Made by a program: the position numbers and the translations under genes. A DNA stretch of 62,282 nucleotides from Acutalibacteraceae bacterium (GTDB taxonomy: Bacteria; Bacillota; Clostridia; Oscillospirales; Acutalibacteraceae), in contig JAZNVE010000148.1 of assembly GCA_045592665.1 (NCBI GenBank), positions 1-62,282 on the forward strand, written 5' to 3'. The notes under the pieces were generated by a model. It saw only the letters and a list, made by a program, of their open reading frames with translations. It did no database searches and was not told where the DNA came from. Of the stretch, positions 9,721 to 16,822 are shown piece after piece. Position 1 is the first letter of the stretch; every line of letters starts with the position of its first letter.

Positions 9721-10147
9721 CCTCATCAACCTCCTGATAAGTATCGTACGAATATTGAAGTTTTTCTACAGCTTGCTCTAAATGTAATATTTCTTTTTCT
9801 GTGCTTGTAATATCGTTCTTGATTTGAGTTTTTTTAGCGGATGCCGTCGTTTCCAAATTGTTTATTGATGCAGAAGCTTTAATAAACTCCGGGCCCACTA
9901 ACATATCGTTCATTTTATTTTTATAACGCTTTGCACTTTTCACACTACCCAAAAGGCTATCTATTCTCGTCAACCTATTCTTTCTTCGCCTCATAGAATC
10001 GTCAAAGGCTTGAATACGGGTATTACATTGATGTGTAAAGTCCTCAAGAGTTTCATATTTCTCTTCTAGGTTTTTTAGTCGTTTTCTTGCTTCTCCCAGT
10101 TGATTTTTTTTGTCATTCAAATCAGAAAGAATTTTATCTTTTCCCAA
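9713..10147 (-). CDS. ~140-aa coiled-coil module leader protein (Lap2-like role inferred)
   Basis: TTG start 5 nt after GGAGGGG. 144 aa with a charged heptad-like sequence. Same size and position as 12764..13210 and 15464..15880. Confidence 0.65.
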   Translation of the reverse strand: MGKDKILSDLNDKKNQLGEARKRLKNLEEKYETLEDFTHQCNTRIQAFDDSMRRRKNRLTRIDSLLGSVKSAKRYKNKMNDMLVGPEFIKASASINNLETTASAKKTQIKNDITSTEKEILHLEQAVEKLQYSYDTYQEVDEDV

Positions 10148-10222
10148 ATTATCCCCTCCGAAACTTTCTCACGTTTTACGAAAGTTTTGTTTTCAAATCA
10201 AGTCATTTAATTCATTAACCGT

Positions 10223-10250
10223 ATCATTGCACATGTTTTCCCGTTTTAAA
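10223..10250 (-). promoter_or_regulatory. module 4 promoter-like box (TTTAAA-N16-TGcAATGAT), copy of a conserved element
   Basis: Minus strand reads AAGGGTATTTAAAACGGGAAAACATGTGCAATGAT. It aligns with the boxes at 13248, 15934 and 19971. Confidence 0.5.
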
Positions 10251-10274
10251 TACCCTTGACGTATAATGTGCTTT

Positions 10275-11051
10275 TTAATTAGCTACAAAAACTTTAACAC
10301 CCAAAGCTTGTGACATTTCATCGACCATACGTGCAGATAATGCATTAAGGAATTTTGCTTTTTCTTTGTCTCGATTATCGTCTGCATTTCCGTACTCATC
10401 ATATTCTACTGTAGTATTAATTTCGATAACAACAGCATTATTAGGAACACTCATCATATACTCATAATAGAACATACTATATACAACTTCATCTGCCGCT
10501 TGATTACCATAACGCACACTGATTACGTCGATGTAAGTATCTTCAACCATTTTAAGATTTGATTCGGTAACGTTAACGATATTGCCATCAATTGAGTTTT
10601 TTAATTCCTCAAGCTGTTCAATTGACAGTCTTTCTATGAAAAAAGCATTTCTGATGCAAATATTATTTCTGCCGAATGCACCAATTTTCATCGAAATCGT
10701 TGCTTTTTTGCAGGGGAAATTATATTGATAATCGTCCATTTCTTTCTGATACTTGTCAATATCGGCTTTTTCACACAGGTAGTAATTGAACAAAGATATA
10801 TATGCTGCCTGTAATCTAACGTAATCATCTTCAAATATACTGTTTTTTACAATATTCTTGGTTTTTGCCTCATCCAAATTATAATCCTGAGGAGTTAATT
10901 TAACTAAATCGTCAACATCGTATTCAGACATAGCAATAGTTGTTATCATCATTTCTGTGTCCTCCTTTTTGTTTGTTCTTTTTTTACAGGCGGGCAAACC
11001 GAAACAAACTATAAAAAGTAAAATTAATGCCCCTACTCTTCTTTTAACCAT
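10275..11051 (-). CDS. lipoprotein, immunity candidate for the 11044..12480 peptidase effector
   Basis: 8-nt overlap with the upstream toxin gene. Signal peptide plus lipobox (CFGLPAC). Confidence 0.7.
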   Translation of the reverse strand: MVKRRVGALILLFIVCFGLPACKKRTNKKEDTEMMITTIAMSEYDVDDLVKLTPQDYNLDEAKTKNIVKNSIFEDDYVRLQAAYISLFNYYLCEKADIDKYQKEMDDYQYNFPCKKATISMKIGAFGRNNICIRNAFFIERLSIEQLEELKNSIDGNIVNVTESNLKMVEDTYIDVISVRYGNQAADEVVYSMFYYEYMMSVPNNAVVIEINTTVEYDEYGNADDNRDKEKAKFLNALSARMVDEMSQALGVKVFVAN

Positions 11052-12480
11052 ATTTCACCTGTTGGAACGCGAACCTCCTGTCACCGGGTCCATAGCCACT
11101 TTCGTCAATGTCAGCATAATCATTCGGGTCAATATAGTACTTTCTACCCCACGAAGATACAATAAGCATACCGTCCTCCGTAACGCCTGTAACCACCATA
11201 GCGTGGCCACCATCTATATCCTCAACAATTTTACCGTTCTCATCCCTGAGTCGTATAGGTTTTACTGCAACTATTATTTCGCCATCGGATGAAAGATCTT
11301 CAAACTTTTCTACGGTCAGCTTGTCATAATTTACAACGTCAACTTTCACACCACGGTCATTCAAATAGTTTTCCCATATATTTTCACGAGAATCTATGCT
11401 CGTTCCTTCTGAGTTTTTATTATCCTCTGAGCAATATAAATCCACCATTACAAGATCATAATTAGGATTTCCGTTCTCATCATACATCGGGAAGCCAAAA
11501 ACTTCTTCAAACTCTTGTTCTTTACCTGCAAAATGACCAAAGATTGTGTTTGTCAATGCCATATATCCACAACCCTCTGCAGCCATACCTATCAAAAATT
11601 CTTCGATTTCCTCGTCTGTATATTTCGGATAGTACTTTTTTACAACTTGTCTGATTTCTTCCCTGTCACCATTTATCCATCTTTTCTTTGCGTTGCTTTG
11701 ATTGCCACCATAATTTGGCGGATCATTAGCATACGCAGGATTATTACCAACGCGCACTCCTTTAAGTTTCTCAATAATATCACTATACAGTTTGTTTAAC
11801 AATGGATAGAATATCATAGAATCCCAATCACTAACACTTCTGTCGCTTATCATTTTTAATATACTTATATATGATTTAAGATCTTGTATACACACCGTTA
11901 AGGTAACCGCATAACTCTGATACTTGATTTCTGTGTCATTAAGTTTTTTTTGAATTTTGTCAAGTTTCTTTTTAGTTATGTCGTTAATCTCCATAATCCT
12001 TTTACGGGATTTTTCGACCGAAACCTCTTTTCCCCAAAGTCCATCCCATGCGGTAGCAATTTTTGCACCGCAATCTTCAAACCAATCTCCGGTTTTTTTC
12101 CAAAAATCGGCATCCTCATCAATCAAATCGCACTGCTTTTTATATTCTTTAAATGCGGAATCCGTATAATCACGTAACCCCGTGTAAGCAAATTCGTATA
12201 AAATATACTCACCGCTTACACGCTGAGCCTCATTCATACTATTGAGATATGATTTCGAAAAGTCCTTAACCTTTAAAAGTATTCTCTCTATAAGCTCCGG
12301 TACTTTTTCTACCGCAGAAGTATATCTTTCTAAATTGTTGTGAATGTTACCGGAAATAACTCCCTCAGATGAAAGACACTTAAGGATTTTTATGTACTGT
12401 TCAAAACAAACTTTGGTTTTACCTAATTCCTTTAGATAATCCTCTCTCAAAAAATCATATTCTGGATATTTTATCTTCAT
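11044..12480 (-). CDS. module 3 effector: LXG-like helical N-terminus with C-terminal papain-fold cysteine peptidase/amidase
   Basis: RBS AGAGGAA. N-terminal helices with ISGNIHNNLERY (LxG-like). C-terminal Cys/His candidates AAEGCGYMALTN and DGGHAMVVTGV. Confidence 0.75.
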   Translation of the reverse strand: MKIKYPEYDFLREDYLKELGKTKVCFEQYIKILKCLSSEGVISGNIHNNLERYTSAVEKVPELIERILLKVKDFSKSYLNSMNEAQRVSGEYILYEFAYTGLRDYTDSAFKEYKKQCDLIDEDADFWKKTGDWFEDCGAKIATAWDGLWGKEVSVEKSRKRIMEINDITKKKLDKIQKKLNDTEIKYQSYAVTLTVCIQDLKSYISILKMISDRSVSDWDSMIFYPLLNKLYSDIIEKLKGVRVGNNPAYANDPPNYGGNQSNAKKRWINGDREEIRQVVKKYYPKYTDEEIEEFLIGMAAEGCGYMALTNTIFGHFAGKEQEFEEVFGFPMYDENGNPNYDLVMVDLYCSEDNKNSEGTSIDSRENIWENYLNDRGVKVDVVNYDKLTVEKFEDLSSDGEIIVAVKPIRLRDENGKIVEDIDGGHAMVVTGVTEDGMLIVSSWGRKYYIDPNDYADIDESGYGPGDRRFAFQQVKYG

Positions 12481-12481
12481 T

Positions 12482-12760
12482 TTATGATTCCTCTATCTTT
12501 CGTGCCATCGTCTTATCCATTTGTTGTAGTTCTTCACCCAAATTAGAAATAAATTCAGTTGAAATCCTCAGAAACTCCTGACTTTCGGTGACAAGTGTAT
12601 TTGTTTCATCTATTAAACCGCTAACACTTTCTTTGACTTTACCACTTGATTTTTCCAACCTACCTTTGAGCTTATCGTAAGCAAAAGTCAATTCATTTAA
12701 TAAAGCTTCATTTTCCTGTGCCAATGCTTTAATTATTTCTGGATCATATTGGTTAACCAT
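12482..12760 (-). CDS. small helical Lap1-like protein
   Basis: RBS GAGGAGG. 92 aa with C-terminal LGEELQQMDKTMA motif. One nt separates its stop from the next start. Confidence 0.7.
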   Translation of the reverse strand: MVNQYDPEIIKALAQENEALLNELTFAYDKLKGRLEKSSGKVKESVSGLIDETNTLVTESQEFLRISTEFISNLGEELQQMDKTMARKIEES

Positions 12761-12763
12761 TGA

Positions 12764-13210
12764 TTAATCCTCCTCGGAAATTATATCTTGTAAAGCAGCC
12801 TTTGCAGATTCAAGCATTTTCAACAATTGTGACAACCACGACTTTTTTTGAGCAATTTTATTACTGTCTGCCGCTATAAGATCGTCTAAATCAAATATTT
12901 TATTCCTCAGTTTTCTGACAGTTTCGCCTGACGATCTTTCAAAATCATTGATTCTCCCCTCTTTAAAAGAGTCATCAACCCGGGCAAGATATGATTCCCG
13001 TAATTTACTAGGCATAGTAGCCGCTCTTACGTTTATTTTTTGTTGAAACTCACTGGTAGATTTCTGAACTGCATCTCTTGAGCGAATAAAATCATCCAGT
13101 AAAGTTTCTGTTTTTTTTCTTTTGTTTTCATTTTGTTTTTTGTTGTTATCAATTCGCTGTATATCTTTTCGTATTTGGTTTATTTGTCTTTGAATTTCGC
13201 TAATCTCCAA
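12764..13210 (-). CDS. ~140-aa coiled-coil module leader protein
   Basis: TTG start 5 nt after AGGGGGGA. 148 aa, charged coiled-coil pattern. Confidence 0.65.
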   Translation of the reverse strand: MEISEIQRQINQIRKDIQRIDNNKKQNENKRKKTETLLDDFIRSRDAVQKSTSEFQQKINVRAATMPSKLRESYLARVDDSFKEGRINDFERSSGETVRKLRNKIFDLDDLIAADSNKIAQKKSWLSQLLKMLESAKAALQDIISEED

Positions 13211-13247
13211 ACTAATCCCCCCTATGTAATTATGTTAACTCAGGTTC

Positions 13248-13276
13248 ATTATCCCACAAAAACCTAACGCTGATAA
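13248..13276 (-). promoter_or_regulatory. module 3 promoter-like box (TTATCA-N17-TGgGATAAT) with adjacent palindrome
   Basis: Minus strand reads AGTACTCtgtgaGAGTATTATCAGCGTTAGGTTTTTGTGGGATAAT. The palindrome TACTC-N5-GAGTA at 13277-13291 abuts the -35. Confidence 0.45.
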
Positions 13277-13360
13277 TACTCTCACAGAGTACTCGTGTTA
13301 TTTCGTCGATATTTACAAGATACGATTAAATAAATGTAGCAAAAAGACGAAAGAGAGCAT

Positions 13361-13398
13361 TAAAATCCCCCGGACAAAGCCCGTACTATGTCCGAGGG
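13361..13398 (-). terminator. weak hairpin terminator after the 13412 gene
   Basis: Stem ccccggaca / tgtccg(a)ggg with a 12-nt loop. On the minus strand it is followed by ATTTTAAT, so the T-run is poor. Confidence 0.35.
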
Positions 13399-13411
13399 TT
13401 TATGTTTATTA

Positions 13412-15166
13412 TCAATTACCGAATATGTTTTCCGGTTCTGTCAAGTCCGTAAAAGGATTATCGTTTTTGCCCATATAGTCATCCTTGGACATTAAGTCAA
13501 CCTGTGCAAAATCATTCATCGATGTATTTTTAATTGTTTCGCGACAGTATTCATAGTACGCTTTCTCCTCACCGGAGGACACATCAGCCATTCTATCAAA
13601 AAAATCCACCCTTGCTTTTTTTGCAGCCTCAAAGGCTTCCTGTACAGATTGCACCATTGTTTCATAACCGGGATCCGAAGAACTCATATTGCTAAGCTTT
13701 TGTGCCGCTGTCTCAAATGTATTGCCTGTGGATTCAATCCAGTCATACATAGCAACAATTTCCATCTCACTGAGTGCTTTATCAACTATCTTGCCGCCTA
13801 TCTTACCTATAAAGGCTTCTATAAAGCCCTTCTTTTCCAGATATTTCTGCATTGCTTTAACGGTTGCCTGTATTCCTTTTTCTTTCGAAACCTCTCTCAT
13901 ATGGTCAAAGGTTTCGTTAAGATATGCATCAAATTCCTTGTTATAAAGCTCTTCTAAGCGTTCTATGGCTTTGCGTACATTCTCATTACTTAAATCGCAA
14001 TTAGCCTTGTATCTTTCGAGTGCTGCTTTACTTTCGGACATATCAAAGAATAATTGATACCATATATCTACGTATGCCTCTGAATCACCCGAGAATTTTT
14101 TAATTTTCTTTATTATTTTATTAAATGTTTCTACGTCATCTCCGGGATTTGCATACTTCGCATATTTATCTCCGTATTTCTCAAACAACTCTAATAATCT
14201 ATCAAACTCTGCCTTTTTTTCATCATAATTCTTTTTGGATTCCACATAATCATTTGAAAACTGATTAAAATATTCTTTGGCATTATCCACGGTTTCTCTG
14301 AACTTTTCGAAATCCGTTATAAAGAGATTTCCGATACTTTCTTCGCAAATAGAATGTATCACTTTTGTGGAATCATCCCAATAATCATCCAAAGTTTCTG
14401 CAAAATGCTTCACATCCTCGCCGTCTACGGACGGGTCCTCGGGATTTCCAATTAATTTTTTTTGCAAATCCTGTAATTCTTTTATCTGCTTCTTTAAATC
14501 GGCAACATTTTGTTTTGTCAGATTGTCAGCTCCGCCTTTGCTACGGGGAGTCATAATATAAATAAGCTTATCGAGTATATCTCCGTAAGCTTTCATTTCT
14601 TTGTAAATATTCCTTAGTCTGTTGCGGTAATCACCGTCAACATTTCTGACGTCTGTCCAAATTTTGCGTAGCTCCTGTCTGGTAACGGAGCCCAACTCCT
14701 TTACCCGATTAACCATAGTCTTGGATTTATCGGCAAGCTCGTTTCCCATACCGCCGAAAATGAGATTTACAAGATAACTTATCATACCACCCATACCAAG
14801 CTCAATCTTCGCTACGTAAATGGCGTTGGTGAATTCTTTGTCCGTTAATATTTTTCTGCCTTTGTTCTTAAAAAGAATATCGTCCGCTTTGTCTATATCC
14901 TTTAAAAAGCTGTTAACAGTACTTGAATAGTCATTACAAAAATCGGAAATCATACCCTTTGCGGTACCGACCTGCACAACAAGGTCTTTAATAACATCCG
15001 CCGTCTGACCCGTAACGGCAGCCTCCTCGGATAAAGCTGCAAGATATTTATAATAATTTTCAAACAACTGCTCGTATTCTTTGCCGCACTTTTTAACTGC
15101 TTCACACCTGTTTTTGTAGTATGTAACCCCTACAACCAATTCGCTTTGCTTATAAGTTTTAGCCAT
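13412..15166 (-). CDS. module 2 large all-helical LXG-like protein; no recognisable toxin domain
   Basis: ATG at 15166, 6 nt after GAGGTG (track start is a TTG at 15184). N-terminus has AAVTGQTADVIKDL and FLKDIDKADDILF (LXG-like). One Gly-rich hydrophobic patch (GMGGMISYLVNLIFGGMG). The remainder is charged and helical. Confidence 0.75.
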   Translation of the reverse strand: MAKTYKQSELVVGVTYYKNRCEAVKKCGKEYEQLFENYYKYLAALSEEAAVTGQTADVIKDLVVQVGTAKGMISDFCNDYSSTVNSFLKDIDKADDILFKNKGRKILTDKEFTNAIYVAKIELGMGGMISYLVNLIFGGMGNELADKSKTMVNRVKELGSVTRQELRKIWTDVRNVDGDYRNRLRNIYKEMKAYGDILDKLIYIMTPRSKGGADNLTKQNVADLKKQIKELQDLQKKLIGNPEDPSVDGEDVKHFAETLDDYWDDSTKVIHSICEESIGNLFITDFEKFRETVDNAKEYFNQFSNDYVESKKNYDEKKAEFDRLLELFEKYGDKYAKYANPGDDVETFNKIIKKIKKFSGDSEAYVDIWYQLFFDMSESKAALERYKANCDLSNENVRKAIERLEELYNKEFDAYLNETFDHMREVSKEKGIQATVKAMQKYLEKKGFIEAFIGKIGGKIVDKALSEMEIVAMYDWIESTGNTFETAAQKLSNMSSSDPGYETMVQSVQEAFEAAKKARVDFFDRMADVSSGEEKAYYEYCRETIKNTSMNDFAQVDLMSKDDYMGKNDNPFTDLTEPENIFGN

Positions 15167-15180
15167 TCCACTCACCTCAA

Positions 15181-15447
15181 TCAAACGCTTGCATTCTTGT
15201 CCGCTTTTTCAAAAGCTTCTGCAACTTCGTTCATTTTTTCTTTTGTGTTTCGAAATAATGAATGGAATTTCTTTTTCATATCCTCGTCAAGATAATCAAG
15301 AATTTTGTCGCTGTAATGTGCAGTCAAGCCGTCATTTGAAACTTCGCTTGTTCCGTTAGCTACGGGAATTGATTCGTTTACAAGATTCCCTATTTTTTTA
15401 GCATATTCTCTGACCTCATCGGGCTTATTTCTGATTTCACTTGCCAT
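15181..15447 (-). CDS. small helical Lap1-like protein
   Basis: ATG at 15447, 6 nt after GAGGTG. C-terminal MNEVAEAFEKADKNA motif. Confidence 0.7.
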   Translation of the reverse strand: MASEIRNKPDEVREYAKKIGNLVNESIPVANGTSEVSNDGLTAHYSDKILDYLDEDMKKKFHSLFRNTKEKMNEVAEAFEKADKNASV

Positions 15448-15463
15448 TATACACACCTCATAA

Positions 15464-15880
15464 TCACAACGAATTAAGTTGTTGCCTTAATCTTAATATT
15501 TTACTGTTATAATCGCGTATTTTTCTGCGTTCGTAAGCAATCTGGTTTTCGTATTCATCAATTTCACGAAGAATATCCTGCTTACCCTTACGTATTCTGT
15601 CAAAAAACTCTTCACGCTCTCTGCCCTCTAATATTGCCCGAATCTTTTGATTATAATACTCCTTAAAAACAGAGTCTCTATCAAGTCGGTTTAAGGCTGA
15701 AAGCACGCTTCTGCCGTATGATTCAAGACGGTCCTGCATACGGTTTCCTGCGGTTGTTGCCTGGTCGTATTCTTTTTCAAGTTTTCGTATTTTTGCATTA
15801 TAATTATCTATAGCATCTTCTGACTTGTTAACATATCTTTTATATCGCCTGATTTCAATTTCTATTTGTTCTTTATTCAT
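15464..15880 (-). CDS. ~140-aa coiled-coil module leader protein
   Basis: RBS GAGGTAA. 138 aa, charged coiled-coil. Confidence 0.7.
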   Translation of the reverse strand: MNKEQIEIEIRRYKRYVNKSEDAIDNYNAKIRKLEKEYDQATTAGNRMQDRLESYGRSVLSALNRLDRDSVFKEYYNQKIRAILEGREREEFFDRIRKGKQDILREIDEYENQIAYERRKIRDYNSKILRLRQQLNSL

Positions 15881-15933
15881 ATCATTACCTCAAGCTTCCG
15901 TCAATAACTTTTTAAACACACATATCTATGATA

Positions 15934-15962
15934 ATTATTGCACATTTTTCCGTCTTTGTTAA
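15934..15962 (-). promoter_or_regulatory. module 2 promoter-like box (TTAACA-N17-TGcAATAAT)
   Basis: Minus strand reads GAGAGTATTAACAAAGACGGAAAAATGTGCAATAAT, directly downstream of the 15981-16030 terminator. Confidence 0.5.
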
Positions 15963-15980
15963 TACTCTCGCAACATACAG

Positions 15981-16030
15981 TTTTTTATAAAAAACATCTT
16001 CGCAAGGAAAAATCACCTTGCGAAGATGTT
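15981..16030 (-). terminator. intrinsic terminator ending module 1
   Basis: Perfect 15-bp stem aacatcttcgcaagg / ccttgcgaagatgtt (15993-16030), followed by a T-run on the minus strand. Confidence 0.7.
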
Positions 16031-16047
16031 TTATTATTAATATAAGT

Positions 16048-16362
16048 TTATTCTTCCACAACCCAATTCTCGGGATCACCACGCACGATATCGGGATGAG
16101 CCACAAGATAATCATTAATTGTATCAACCATATTTTCATCATCAATATCGCTATAGCCTTTAAATACAACTTTATTTATTTTATCAGCATTAAAATAAAC
16201 CATCTGGTCGCCTATAAGCCCTTCGGGATAAGCTACACCGCCGTAATCAAAGAAAAAATCATTTTCGCCGTTGCGTACATTAATCGCCCTTGATATAACA
16301 AGAACCTTCTGCACACCGTTTTTAAGTAAAACAATACTTCCGAGAGGTAAATAATCTATCAT
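16048..16362 (-). CDS. DUF4176-family T7SS-associated small protein
   Basis: MIDYLPLGSIVLLKNG..KVLVISR...FFDYGGVAYPEGL...VYFN..KINKVVFKGYSD matches my recollection of the DUF4176 signature. Confidence 0.8.
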   Translation of the reverse strand: MIDYLPLGSIVLLKNGVQKVLVISRAINVRNGENDFFFDYGGVAYPEGLIGDQMVYFNADKINKVVFKGYSDIDDENMVDTINDYLVAHPDIVRGDPENWVVEE

Positions 16363-16380
16363 AATTTTTGTCCTTTCTGC

Positions 16381-16806
16381 TTAATCGCAATAAATATTTA
16401 ATAATTCAAAAAATTCATCTACGCTTCGGGCAATAGGAATCGGATTGTCTATATTACCCATCGTCAAATAATACACTCTGCCGGTATTAATATCCCAATA
16501 ATAATAATCTCCGTCAACGTCGCACGCAAAAGGCACTAAATGTTGTGGAATGTGTTCGTCTCCTCGGTATAAATCCAACAGGCTTTCTACCGAACAAGTG
16601 CCGTATTTCAGGGGCAGAATAAATTCCACACAAAATTCCAATTTATGCATTACAAATGCAACCTCATCAGCTTCGCACATATTGTAATTTGCATAATAGG
16701 AGCGTAAGAGCGACGGAAATTCAATATCATACTTCTTTTGTACCGAATCGATGTATTCCTGCGATACGTTCTGTTCGGGATTTTCTTTTTTTACAAATTT
16801 AAACAT
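16381..16806 (-). CDS. SMI1/KNR4 (SUKH-1) family immunity protein
   Basis: Sits directly after the toxin gene. FPSLLRSYYANYN and FACDVDGDYYYWD are typical of SMI1_KNR4 immunity proteins. Confidence 0.8.
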   Translation of the reverse strand: MFKFVKKENPEQNVSQEYIDSVQKKYDIEFPSLLRSYYANYNMCEADEVAFVMHKLEFCVEFILPLKYGTCSVESLLDLYRGDEHIPQHLVPFACDVDGDYYYWDINTGRVYYLTMGNIDNPIPIARSVDEFFELLNIYCD

Positions 16807-16822
16807 TCAATTTCCACCTCTT

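Noticed and set aside
10160-10190. Hairpin aaactttc...gaaagttt in the module 4 leader as a possible riboswitch or attenuator.
   Set aside because: It is an 8-bp AT-rich stem with no T-run. It does not occlude the RBS and has no counterpart in the other module leaders. That is too little evidence.
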